Below are positions 37,428 to 46,987 of a stretch of DNA of 64,000 nucleotides, piece after piece; position 1 is the stretch's first letter, and every line of letters starts with the position of its first letter. Origin of the DNA: an uncultured Candidatus Bathyarchaeia archaeon (GTDB lineage: Archaea > Thermoproteota > Bathyarchaeia > RBG-16-48-13 > CAYPFQ01); contig CAYYPV010000008.1 of NCBI GenBank assembly GCA_964473665.1, forward strand, positions 607 to 64,606, given 5' to 3'. The position numbers were made by a program, and so were the translations under genes. The notes beneath the pieces were generated by a model. It saw nothing but the letters and a program-made list of their open reading frames with translations. It did no database searches and was not told the origin of the DNA.

Positions 37428-38849
37428 TTGGTGGTAAGAGTGGTAGAAATAGGTTTAGGAATACCGGTTGATGTTGGAATTATACATGAAGGGGCAAGGA
37501 TTAGAGGCCCGGATATGTATATAGAGTTTGGAGGAGTGAATACCCAATTTAAATTTGAGCTTGTTCAGGTAAAACCAATAAAAGATGTTACTGACGGAAA
37601 GATCGAGATAATAGGGCCAGACATCAAAGACCTTAAAGAAGGCGGGACCTATCCGCTTGGAATTTATATTGAAGTCACCGGGGAAAAACTTGAGAAAGAC
37701 TTAGAGGGAGTTATCGAACGGTATATCCACGCTTACTTCAACTACATTGAAGGATTAATGCACATAAATTCACGATACGACATTTGGATAAGACTGAGCA
37801 AAAACTCGTACAAGAAGGGTTTAAACTCATTCAAGTTTATCGGATTAGTTTTACAGCGACTTTTCAAAGCGGAATTCCCGATAATTGAGAGCATGCAGGT
37901 AACATTCGTCACTGATGAAAATAAAGTTCACGAAATGTATTCCAACGCTGTGAAGATCTATGAAAAAAGGGACGCTAGAGCTAGGACTCTTAAAGATGAG
38001 GACGTAAGTGAATTTTATGGTTGCACTCTCTGTCAATCGTTTGCGCCTACGCATGTATGCATCATTACGCCCAACAGAGTGTCTCTATGCGGCTCAACAA
38101 ATTGGTTCGACGCTCGTGCCGCTGTCCGAATAAATCCTAAAGGCTTTAACTTCAAAGTTGAGAAAGGCGAATGCCTCGACCCTGTTAAGGGAGAATATGC
38201 CGGAGTAAATGAAAAAGTTAAGGAGAAGTCTCTTGGCGAAGTTGAGCATGTCTATCTCCACGCATTTATGGGGCATCCGCCTACATCTTGTGGCTGCTTT
38301 GAAGCAATAGCGTTTTATATACCTGAAGTTGACGGCGTCGGTGTAGTTAACCGAGATTATAGAGGCCCCACAGTAATCGGCACACCTTTTGCCTCATTAG
38401 CGGCGCAAACTGGTGGAGGAAAACAAACTGAAGGCCTCGTCGGAATAGCTGTAGAGTATCTTAGGTCACCGAAGTTCTTTCAAGCTGACGGAGGATGGAA
38501 TAGAGTAGTTTGGCTTCCAGCATCGGTAAAAGCGCGTGTAAAAAATGCTATACCAGTTGAGCTGATTGATAAGATTCCGACTGAAAATGACGTAAAGAAT
38601 CTTGATGAGTTAAAGAAATATTTGGAAATGCATAATCACCCAGTTGTTTCAGGCTGGAAAGCATCGGAGGTTCCGCTAAATGCTACATCAGTCATTGAAG
38701 ATACGAAGGGTTTGGTGCCAGTTATAGAGATCCCTGGATTGATTCCTTCAACTGATGTTCCTCCTGAAGGCTTTAGAATTGTGCTTAAGGGCGTCAAAAT
38801 TCATTGCGATGCTATAGTGATAAAGAAAGCGGAAAAAGAAAAAGAATAG
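37428..38849 (+). CDS. cdhC: Acetyl-CoA decarbonylase/synthase complex subunit beta (A-cluster acetyl-CoA synthase)
   Basis: The conserved A-cluster motif PTSCGCFEAIAF (CGCFE) is present. The protein is 473 aa. Confidence 0.9.
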   Translation: MVVRVVEIGLGIPVDVGIIHEGARIRGPDMYIEFGGVNTQFKFELVQVKPIKDVTDGKIEIIGPDIKDLKEGGTYPLGIYIEVTGEKLEKDLEGVIERYIHAYFNYIEGLMHINSRYDIWIRLSKNSYKKGLNSFKFIGLVLQRLFKAEFPIIESMQVTFVTDENKVHEMYSNAVKIYEKRDARARTLKDEDVSEFYGCTLCQSFAPTHVCIITPNRVSLCGSTNWFDARAAVRINPKGFNFKVEKGECLDPVKGEYAGVNEKVKEKSLGEVEHVYLHAFMGHPPTSCGCFEAIAFYIPEVDGVGVVNRDYRGPTVIGTPFASLAAQTGGGKQTEGLVGIAVEYLRSPKFFQADGGWNRVVWLPASVKARVKNAIPVELIDKIPTENDVKNLDELKKYLEMHNHPVVSGWKASEVPLNATSVIEDTKGLVPVIEIPGLIPSTDVPPEGFRIVLKGVKIHCDAIVIKKAEKEKE

Positions 38850-38855
38850 AGGTTT

Positions 38856-40043
38856 TTGCTGTTGGGTGAAGAGATAGATATTAATGAACAATTGGAAAAA
38901 TTAAGGAAAATTTTAAGAGAAAACAAATCTGTTGAAATGCAAAATGTGGATTTTTCTGCGAATGAGCTTGAGCTTCACATTAAACCAATGAAAGCAAATT
39001 CTACTTCACCTAGACCTAAACCTGTAGGATTGACAGAAGCTTCATTCACACCGCCTACAAAGAAATATGCTGGAGAAATAGTCGAGGTTAAACTTGGCGC
39101 GACAAAAAATGAAGGCGGTACGCGTGATAGAGTTCGAGTTATCGGTGGAGAGAAGGTTCCACCATTTTACAGATTTGAGACGACTGCACCGAATAAGCCA
39201 GTTATAGCCTTCGATGTTTTTGATATGAAGATACATCTCCCGAAACCTGTAAGGATGCATTTTGAAGATGTGCTCGAAGATCCCGCGGAGTGGGCTAGAA
39301 GATGCGTTGAAAAATTCGGTGCTGAAATGATTACGATACACCTCATAAGTACAGACCCATTAACTCAGAATACATCCGCAGCTAAAGCGGCTAAAACTGT
39401 TGAAAATGTTCTTCAAGCTGTAAAGGTGCCGATTGCAATTGGAGGATGTGGAAACCCTGATAAGGACCCTGAGGTTTTGGAGAAAGCTGCCGAAGTGGCC
39501 TCCGGCGAGAGAGTCTTACTTAATTCAGCGCGTAGAAATATGGATTATAAACGCGTAGCCAAAGCGGCTAATGCCTATGGGCATGTTGTACTATCGGTCA
39601 CCGAATTGGATTTGAATAACCAAAAAATGTTGAATCGAGAATTACTTGATGCGGGTGTATCGAAAGATAGAATTGTAATGGATCCTACAACAGCGGCTCT
39701 AGGCTATGGAATTGAATACAGTTTCAGTGTCATGGAAAGAATAAGGTTGGCTGGGTTGCTAGGGGATAAAGATCTGCAAATGCCTTTAGCTTCGGGTACA
39801 ACGAATACGTGGGCTGCTCGTGAGGCTTGGATGGAAAGTGCGGAGTGGGGTCCAAGGGAACTTCGGGGTCCATTGTGGGAAATAACTACAGGTCTAACTT
39901 TACTACTGGCTGGCTGCGACTTCTTCATGATGATTCATCCTGACGCTGTAAAAAGCGTTAAAGAAATAATCGAAGTTCTAGCGAGCGGCGCTAAGGGAAA
40001 ACCCCAAACAATTGGCAGTTGGGTTAATAAGAAGATAAGGTGA
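38856..40043 (+). CDS. cdhD: Acetyl-CoA decarbonylase/synthase complex subunit delta (corrinoid Fe-S protein small subunit)
   Basis: TIM-barrel corrinoid-protein-like sequence located between cdhC and the gamma subunit. 395 aa. Confidence 0.85.
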   Translation: MLLGEEIDINEQLEKLRKILRENKSVEMQNVDFSANELELHIKPMKANSTSPRPKPVGLTEASFTPPTKKYAGEIVEVKLGATKNEGGTRDRVRVIGGEKVPPFYRFETTAPNKPVIAFDVFDMKIHLPKPVRMHFEDVLEDPAEWARRCVEKFGAEMITIHLISTDPLTQNTSAAKAAKTVENVLQAVKVPIAIGGCGNPDKDPEVLEKAAEVASGERVLLNSARRNMDYKRVAKAANAYGHVVLSVTELDLNNQKMLNRELLDAGVSKDRIVMDPTTAALGYGIEYSFSVMERIRLAGLLGDKDLQMPLASGTTNTWAAREAWMESAEWGPRELRGPLWEITTGLTLLLAGCDFFMMIHPDAVKSVKEIIEVLASGAKGKPQTIGSWVNKKIR

Positions 40044-40044
40044 A

Positions 40045-41454
40045 GTGAAAATGCCGAAAGCCCGCCCACTCGAAATCTATGCGCTCATGCCGAAGAGTAA
40101 TTGCGGTAAATGTGGTGAATCAAATTGCATGGCGTTCGCGATTAAATTACTTGATAGATCAATAGAGTTAAATGCCTGCGTAGAACTCGACCAGCCTAAA
40201 TATAGGGATCAGAAGCAAAAGCTGACTGGACTTTTAGAACTACCAATTAAGGAGATAGTAATAGGTTCTGGCGAAAAAGCTGTAAAAATCGGCGGTGAAG
40301 AAGTGATGTACCGCCATGAATTGACGTACAATAATCCAACAGCAATTGCAATAGACGTAGATGATGAGATGACTGAGGATGAGTTACTTAGGCGAGCTAA
40401 AACTGTTGAAGAATTTCAGATAAATCGTGTAGGACAGATTTTGAGGGTAAATATGATTGCGATTAGGAACGTTTCTGGCCAAGCGGGTAAATTTGCTGAA
40501 GCTGTTTCATTCTTAGTTAAAAATTCTAAAATGCCGCTGATTCTATGCTCATTTGATGTTAATGTGTTGGAAGCGGGGTTAGCTGCATCCAAAGGTATGA
40601 ATCCTCTAATTTATGCGGCTACTAAGGATAATTGGCAGCGGGTGGGAGAGCAAGCGTTAGCGTATGACTGTCCTTTGGCAATTTTCGCTCCTAATGACCT
40701 GAAATTGCTCCGCTCATTATCCAGCTCCCTCATGGATATGGGTGTAAATAACTTAGTTTTGGATCCAGGGACATTCTCTGATGATGGACTGAGTGACACT
40801 ATAGATAATTTCACGATGTTGAGGCGGGCTGGAGTGGAGCTGGGTGACAAAAAACTAGGATTCCCCTTGATAGGAGTGCCAGCTACTGTTTGGGTTAAGG
40901 ATGGGAGAAAAAATGGATTAGATGAAATGAAAGAGTCGTATTTGGCGTCGATGCTACTTGCAAGATATGCGAGTATACTGATTATGCATAGTATTGATTC
41001 TTGGGCGCTTCTTCCAGTGCTTACCTTAAGGCAGAACCTCTATACTAACCCGAGGAAACCTGTGGCTGTGGAACCTGGATTAAAGAAGTTAGGAGAACCT
41101 GATGAAAACTCCCCAGTGTTGGTTACCTCTAACTTTGCATTAACATATTATACGGTGACAAGTGATATTGAGTCGACAAAAATTAGTTGTTATCTATTAA
41201 TAGTGGATACTGAAGGTCTAAGTGTTCAGACGTCTGTTGCAGGTAAGAAATTTACAGCCAGTAAAGTGGCTGATTTAATCAAGAGCACAGGAATTGAAGG
41301 CATGGTTAAACATAGGAAGCTGATAGTTCCAGGATATGCAGCCCGTCTTAAAGGGGATATTGAAGAGCTAACTGGCTGGGAAGTGCTTGTCGGACCAATT
41401 GATAGCTCAGGCATTTCTGCATTTTTAAAGGAAAATTGGAACCTGAAGGCGTAG
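40045..41454 (+). CDS. cdhE: Acetyl-CoA decarbonylase/synthase complex subunit gamma (corrinoid Fe-S protein large subunit)
   Basis: N-terminal [4Fe-4S] motif NCGKCGESNCMAFA. 469 aa. Positioned in the operon. Confidence 0.85.
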   Translation: MKMPKARPLEIYALMPKSNCGKCGESNCMAFAIKLLDRSIELNACVELDQPKYRDQKQKLTGLLELPIKEIVIGSGEKAVKIGGEEVMYRHELTYNNPTAIAIDVDDEMTEDELLRRAKTVEEFQINRVGQILRVNMIAIRNVSGQAGKFAEAVSFLVKNSKMPLILCSFDVNVLEAGLAASKGMNPLIYAATKDNWQRVGEQALAYDCPLAIFAPNDLKLLRSLSSSLMDMGVNNLVLDPGTFSDDGLSDTIDNFTMLRRAGVELGDKKLGFPLIGVPATVWVKDGRKNGLDEMKESYLASMLLARYASILIMHSIDSWALLPVLTLRQNLYTNPRKPVAVEPGLKKLGEPDENSPVLVTSNFALTYYTVTSDIESTKISCYLLIVDTEGLSVQTSVAGKKFTASKVADLIKSTGIEGMVKHRKLIVPGYAARLKGDIEELTGWEVLVGPIDSSGISAFLKENWNLKA

Positions 41455-41473
41455 AAGGGAGGGCTGATGCGTT

Positions 41474-42247
41474 ATGACTTCGAAAAGGGGAGTAGTTGTT
41501 ACTGTTACTGGGAAAGGTGGAACGGGAAAGACTACGCTAGTTTCCTTGATGCTGAAACTTCTTTTGAGGAATGATGGAAAGAAAATACTGGTTGTTGACG
41601 CTGATCCTGCTACAAATTTACCTGACGTTCTTGATGCGCCTGTGGCAGTAACTGTTGGAATGGTTGCTACTCAGCTTAAGAAGAAAATTGCAGGTGATGA
41701 AATACCTCCAGATATGGATAAGAAAAGTTTACTTGAGGGTTTGATAATGCAGGTACTAGTTGAAAAGCCTCAGTTTGACTTATTAGCCATGGGTAGGACT
41801 GAGGGGGAAGGGTGCTACTGTCTCCTCAATAATTTACTTACCGACATCATCGACACTCTCGCGAAGAACTATGATTTAGTTTTAATCGACATGGAGGCGG
41901 GTCTTGAACACCTGAGTAGAAGAACTGCACGCGATGTCGATGTGATGTTTATACTTACGGATCCGTCAAAAATGGGTTTTCAGACGGTAAAAAGAATAAG
42001 AGATCTTGTTAATGAAGTGCATATAAAATTTAAAAAGCTCTACTTGGTTGGAAATACATTTCCTGAGAGTGCTGTTGAAATGCTTAAAGAGGAGTCAGAA
42101 AATTTAGGCGTTGAGCTGGCAGGCATAATTCCAGCGGATAATAATGTTGTATTATACAATATTGCAGGTAAATCCTTGTTAGATCTTCCTAACGATTCAC
42201 CGGCATTTACTGCTGTTAAGAGGATTCTCGATAAAGCAGGATTTTAA
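41474..42247 (+). CDS. cooC: CooC/AcsF-type nickel-insertion accessory ATPase
   Basis: The Walker A motif TGKGGTGKTT is of the MinD/CooC deviant type. 257 aa. It is the last gene of the cdh operon. Confidence 0.8.
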   Translation: MTSKRGVVVTVTGKGGTGKTTLVSLMLKLLLRNDGKKILVVDADPATNLPDVLDAPVAVTVGMVATQLKKKIAGDEIPPDMDKKSLLEGLIMQVLVEKPQFDLLAMGRTEGEGCYCLLNNLLTDIIDTLAKNYDLVLIDMEAGLEHLSRRTARDVDVMFILTDPSKMGFQTVKRIRDLVNEVHIKFKKLYLVGNTFPESAVEMLKEESENLGVELAGIIPADNNVVLYNIAGKSLLDLPNDSPAFTAVKRILDKAGF

Positions 42248-42295
42248 GCGCAAATACGGCCCATAAGCTAAAGAGGTTTTTGATGTTTAGGCGCT

Positions 42296-43114
42296 TCATA
42301 AATTCCATCCTCTTGTTCTTAAAGCTCTAACTAGCGGGACACATACGATTGCAGCTATTAATGATTGAAAAATCCTAACTGCAGGATAATAAAGGGGACT
42401 AATTAAAAATAATAAACGAACTGCCTCAGTGGAGTATCCAAATATTCCTTTATACACAAATGGAAGCGCAAAAATTAAATTACCTACAGATGCATCCGAT
42501 TGATTTCCTACGAATGCTAGCAGAAAGAAAAATGCGAATGTGCGCTTTTGCGTCGTGGAAAATTTTTTAGCGATTAAGATTGTTGGAATGATCAGTAGCC
42601 ATGCTATTATTTTATCAAAGTTAGCAGCGATTCCTATGTAATACGTCGGAATTGTGTTTACTTTATGTACGGATGTTACTGTTCCATTCGCTATAAATAC
42701 ATACGAATTGATTGGTTGGCATAGTGGCGTAGCCCAAAAAGCTAAAGCCAAAAACCCGAGAACGATAAAGGCGACTATCCAACCGTTTTTGTATTTCGGC
42801 GATTCTGTTGACAGATTGCTACTCTTAAAAACGAATCCTGAAACCAAAGCATTCATTGGAGGGGACAGTAGGAAAGGCGCACCGAGAATAAAGCTACTTG
42901 GCGATAGTACCAAAGCGGTAACTGCACTCAGTAAAGCTGCGAGAAATCCTAAGTATGGACCGAGCATTATGCCGAAAATAGTTGCTATAGCTGCTCCTAA
43001 CCCGATTGTTGGTGCGGCAACGCCTAGGATCGGAATTCCTGGAAGTAAAGAGATAATGTAGTAAAACGCGACAAGAATAGCGATAAGAGATATTTTTCTC
43101 GTTGATAGCTTCAT
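42296..43114 (-). CDS. Polytopic membrane protein (possible ECF-transporter S-component-like)
   Basis: 272 aa with 6-7 hydrophobic helices and Gly/Ala-rich helices. The family assignment is uncertain. Confidence 0.3.
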   Translation of the reverse strand: MKLSTRKISLIAILVAFYYIISLLPGIPILGVAAPTIGLGAAIATIFGIMLGPYLGFLAALLSAVTALVLSPSSFILGAPFLLSPPMNALVSGFVFKSSNLSTESPKYKNGWIVAFIVLGFLALAFWATPLCQPINSYVFIANGTVTSVHKVNTIPTYYIGIAANFDKIIAWLLIIPTILIAKKFSTTQKRTFAFFFLLAFVGNQSDASVGNLIFALPFVYKGIFGYSTEAVRLLFLISPLYYPAVRIFQSLIAAIVCVPLVRALRTRGWNL

Positions 43115-43208
43115 AGGTTTAACCTAGTGTAGTTTTCTACATAGAGAGGCATTTAATTACATGGCATATTTATATGTTATATTTACTCGTTAGTTTGGAG
43201 CGATAAGT

Positions 43209-43700
43209 ATGGAAGAATTATGGCCTTACATTTTGCCATTACCGACAAAATCGACGCAACAATACAAAATTTTACTGTCGATCTTTAAATACAAAGCATC
43301 CCCGCAAATATTAAAGTCCATTTCAGTGGATAAACTAACTTATCAAAAGGACTTAATTAAAAAACTTCGTCCTTACTCTAACAAAACTGTCATTCAAAGT
43401 TTGAATACCCTAGTAGGCGCAGGAATTCTTGAAGAGGGAATGAAAAAAATTGTTATTAAAGGCAAGGGTGTTTGGGTTAAATGGTATAAACCTACCTCCC
43501 TTGGGAAGTGGCTTGTTCTATTCCTTATTCCACTAAAGCAAATTCCGCGCAATGAGGTAGAGAGAACTTTGAAGGAACTTTTTGAATTCTACGTTAAAAG
43601 CACCGTTAACTTCTGTGTAAATTATGGTATAGATCCTCAGTCCATAAAAAAGACCTTTGAAGAAACTTATCAACGAGCTGTGGCTGTGCACCTTGGATAG
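43209..43700 (+). CDS. Hypothetical protein, possible winged-helix domain
   Basis: 163 aa with a TVIQSLNTLVGAGILEE helix-turn-helix-like segment. Its 3' end overlaps the next gene. Confidence 0.25.
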   Translation: MEELWPYILPLPTKSTQQYKILLSIFKYKASPQILKSISVDKLTYQKDLIKKLRPYSNKTVIQSLNTLVGAGILEEGMKKIVIKGKGVWVKWYKPTSLGKWLVLFLIPLKQIPRNEVERTLKELFEFYVKSTVNFCVNYGIDPQSIKKTFEETYQRAVAVHLG

Positions 43701-44712
43701 AAAAAATGTAGGCCGTTTGAGGGCGGTTGAAGAAATTACGAATGCTGCTCAGCTTGCAGCCCTTTTAGAGGTTAGCGGCTGGCCTAAGCCGGGTAATGTA
43801 CATAGAACCGCTAATCTTCCCGATACGCGGTACGAGCATTTTCTCGCTGGAGCGGTTGCTATGGGTGCGGCTGTCAAAAATGCGGCTATCAGCGGAGTTA
43901 AAGCTGGCGAAGGCAAAATTAAGTTAGATGAAATAGGTGTTGGGAACCAAATTAAGAAGATGGTTTCTGACATTAAGAACTCGCATTTTGGAGGGAATAC
44001 TCACCTCGGCGTAAGTTTGCTTTTTATTCCCTTAGCTGCATCCGCTGGTAAAACTTATGTGGAAGATGATAAAATAGACGCAAAAAACCTTCGTAAAAAT
44101 TTAGAGCTTATTATGCGTTCGACAACTCCTAGAGATGCTGCCATGGTATACGATGCCATCCTGATGGTGAGTTCAGTGGAAGAGTTAGGTAAAATGAAGG
44201 ATGTGAAGAGCCCTGACCTCTACGATGAGAGCGCAAAGAGGAGGCTTCTTGAAAATAAGATTTCGCTTCATGAAGTAATGAGGGAATCCTCGAAGTTTGA
44301 TGACGATGCAAAAGAGCTGGTTACCGGGATGAGAACGTCTTTTGAAATTGGTTACCCTACAATTATAAAAGTTTTCAGAGAAACTGGTGACATCAATATA
44401 GCCACTGTGCACACTTTTTTGACAATTCTCTCAAAGTCTCCTGATACATTCATTGCAAGAAAAATTGGATTAAAAGAGGAGGTATATATAACTGAAGCAG
44501 TGATGGTCGGTAGGAAAAAGTCTAAGTGGATTTCGGAAACGGCTGAATCGATTCTTAAATTAGGCGGTCTAAAAACAAAGGAAGGAAGAAGAGCTCTTTA
44601 TGGGTTTGACAGATTACTTCATCGCGCTGGTGGTGAACTGAACCCTGGCACATCAGCTGATTTGACAGCGGCTTCTCTCTTTATCGCAATCCTATGCGGA
44701 TTGCGGTTTTAG
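43657..44712 (+). CDS. CitG family (triphosphoribosyl-dephospho-CoA synthase-like) protein
   Basis: N-terminal KPGNVHRTANLPDTRYEHF and C-terminal NPGTSADLTAASLF blocks match the CitG/MdcB family. Confidence 0.6.
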   Translation: MKKLINELWLCTLDRKNVGRLRAVEEITNAAQLAALLEVSGWPKPGNVHRTANLPDTRYEHFLAGAVAMGAAVKNAAISGVKAGEGKIKLDEIGVGNQIKKMVSDIKNSHFGGNTHLGVSLLFIPLAASAGKTYVEDDKIDAKNLRKNLELIMRSTTPRDAAMVYDAILMVSSVEELGKMKDVKSPDLYDESAKRRLLENKISLHEVMRESSKFDDDAKELVTGMRTSFEIGYPTIIKVFRETGDINIATVHTFLTILSKSPDTFIARKIGLKEEVYITEAVMVGRKKSKWISETAESILKLGGLKTKEGRRALYGFDRLLHRAGGELNPGTSADLTAASLFIAILCGLRF

Positions 44713-44766
44713 CTTTTAAAGTAAATTCCTATTTGAAATCACTTATTACTTCAACTTGCCATAACT

Positions 44767-45774
44767 TCAACCGTTTAGTTGTAGCGTTTTTTTAAGAAGT
44801 GCTATATCCAACTTTCCCGCATTATATTTTTTTTCTGTTTTAATGTCTGTGATTGTTACTTTAGCCACTGAGAAAAGTTCAGGGTCAATCTTATAGAAAT
44901 CGAAATTCGCCTTTTTTAGGATGTCATAGAATGGGATTCCGTATTCTTTTGATGCTGATGATGGCATGCGTGAAATTAATTTATCAATTTCCATTTTTCC
45001 TATTTCTGCTTCGTACCAAGCTTGGCCAGCTGCTAGAAGCATATCGTTAACGCGTCCCATCATCTGCGAATTATCAGAAACCACAGGCGCAATAGGAGCT
45101 AAACCTGTAGCGGATTTAACTTTTCTCACGTCGAAGCCCAAGTTCCGAAGTTTAAGCAGACCCGCTTCTACAGCCCGTCCTGAAACCTGTGTGCTTCCAG
45201 CTAGTGAAGTTGTTGGTGCGACTAGGACGTAGAGTCTTTTTGGATCCACATGACATGCTTTTGCAAGTTCTTTAAGCAGGCTGTCTGTTGGAGGAGCCGC
45301 TGATTCTAGGACTATAACGGCTACATTTGAGCGCTCACTGTAATTCAGCAGTTCATATATTTCACGCGGTTTTTCGGCTAAAATGCGGGCTGGACCGCTT
45401 CCCATTGCAAAATACTCTTCGCTTTTAATTTTCCATCCAGCCATCTGCGAACCTAGACATGCAATAGCAGGTGAATCAGTGGATACTGAGATTGCTGGTA
45501 GAGAATAGCTGTTGAAATGCATTTCAGTTAATCCAACTTTACCTAATCCGGCTAGACAGATCTCTGTTAGGCTTTTACCTGCCTCGTAACTACCTTTGAC
45601 TTTAATTCCGCAGTCAACTATTGTTGCACCATCACCGGATTTTTTTACCTCAATTTTTAGTTTGTCAGAATTATCGATCATCAGATCTACGAGTCTTTTC
45701 GCTTTAATATTTAAAGAGAATTGAGACGGATTTTTTTTTAGGTCAGGATTGTTTTCTTTGTTGTAATTGCGCAT
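44767..45774 (-). CDS. mch: Methenyltetrahydromethanopterin cyclohydrolase
   Basis: KIEVKKSGDGATIVDCGIKVKGSYEAGKSLTEICLAGLG closely follows the Mch N-terminal consensus. 335 aa. Confidence 0.85.
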   Translation of the reverse strand: MRNYNKENNPDLKKNPSQFSLNIKAKRLVDLMIDNSDKLKIEVKKSGDGATIVDCGIKVKGSYEAGKSLTEICLAGLGKVGLTEMHFNSYSLPAISVSTDSPAIACLGSQMAGWKIKSEEYFAMGSGPARILAEKPREIYELLNYSERSNVAVIVLESAAPPTDSLLKELAKACHVDPKRLYVLVAPTTSLAGSTQVSGRAVEAGLLKLRNLGFDVRKVKSATGLAPIAPVVSDNSQMMGRVNDMLLAAGQAWYEAEIGKMEIDKLISRMPSSASKEYGIPFYDILKKANFDFYKIDPELFSVAKVTITDIKTEKKYNAGKLDIALLKKTLQLNG

Positions 45775-45993
45775 TGTTCAGCCTTCCATGTATTTGCATA
45801 CATTTGCCTTTCCGTAGCTTTGATTGATATCTCACATAATCTATCTTACACAATAAGAGACATTTATCCATCTTGCTGCTTATGTTGGCTGATGTAGAGA
45901 GAATTCGAAGTAGGTTGTCTGAAGCATAATTGCGTAAAGTCTATATTAAGAGGAAATTATGAACATCAAATCACAGATTAGGAATGTTGGAGA

Positions 45994-46917
45994 ATGAAGG
46001 AAACACTGAAGGACGTAATAATTTTCTTAGATACTGACAAACATGTGAGCCCCTTTGATCAATTGATTATATCTGATAATTTCCCTAATGTCCAAATTTT
46101 TAATTACAGTCAAGTTGAGCCTTCGGAAGCGGCGACATTAATTCAGGATGCTATGTTTCCGCGAGGCCCTAAAGGCGCAGTTCACACGAAGATTTTCATC
46201 GGTGGATATGACATTGAAAAAGCTGAAGGAATTTTAAAAATTGCTAAGGCTACTATGTTTCCTCCATTTGAGTTGGCGATAATAGTTGACCCTAGAGGCG
46301 CGAATACAACCGCTTCAAGCATGGTGGCAAAGGTTTTTGAAAATTTAAGCAAAATAAAGTTCGGCGGATTTATCGGAAAGAAAGTTACGATCCTAGGTGG
46401 AACTGGACCTGTTGGTCAAGTTTGCGCAAAAATAATGTCGCAGGAAGGTGCTGATGTAACGATTACTTCAAGGCATATTGAGAAAGCTAATGCAACAACG
46501 GAGAAGCTGAGCGTTGAATCTAAAGCGGATAGGATTCGCGGAGTGCAGGTATCCAGCCTAGAAGAAGCGGCGAAGGCTGTTAGGGATGCTGAGATAGTTT
46601 TGGCTACGGGCTCTGCGGGTGTGCAGCTTTTACCCTTGAGCATTTTGAAAGAACAGGCGAAACAATGTAAAGTTGTCGCTGATGTGAACGCCGTTGCGCC
46701 TTATGGAATTGAGGGTCTCAATCCTAATGATGACGGAGCGGAATTTTCTACGGGTATTTTGGGAGTTGGGGCTCTCGCTATAGGTTCGTTAAAAAATGAG
46801 GTTGAAGTTAAGCTGATAGGTAAAGCGTTAGAGTCTCAAAAGGGAATATTTGATTTTAAAGTTGCCTATGAAATAGCTAAGTCCTTAATAAAATGGCCTG
46901 ACAGTTTGGTTTTGTAA
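45994..46917 (+). CDS. NAD(P)-dependent methylene-tetrahydromethanopterin dehydrogenase, MtdA/MtdB-like
   Basis: FLDTDKHVSPFDQ N-terminus and the GGTGPVGQ dinucleotide motif sit at the same relative positions as in methylotroph MtdA/B. The protein is 307 aa. Confidence 0.65.
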   Translation: MKETLKDVIIFLDTDKHVSPFDQLIISDNFPNVQIFNYSQVEPSEAATLIQDAMFPRGPKGAVHTKIFIGGYDIEKAEGILKIAKATMFPPFELAIIVDPRGANTTASSMVAKVFENLSKIKFGGFIGKKVTILGGTGPVGQVCAKIMSQEGADVTITSRHIEKANATTEKLSVESKADRIRGVQVSSLEEAAKAVRDAEIVLATGSAGVQLLPLSILKEQAKQCKVVADVNAVAPYGIEGLNPNDDGAEFSTGILGVGALAIGSLKNEVEVKLIGKALESQKGIFDFKVAYEIAKSLIKWPDSLVL

Positions 46918-46987
46918 TCAGGCGCTGGAGAATCGATTAACTAGCTTAATAAATCTTATATATGTTAAAGAATTTAGAGATATTGTC

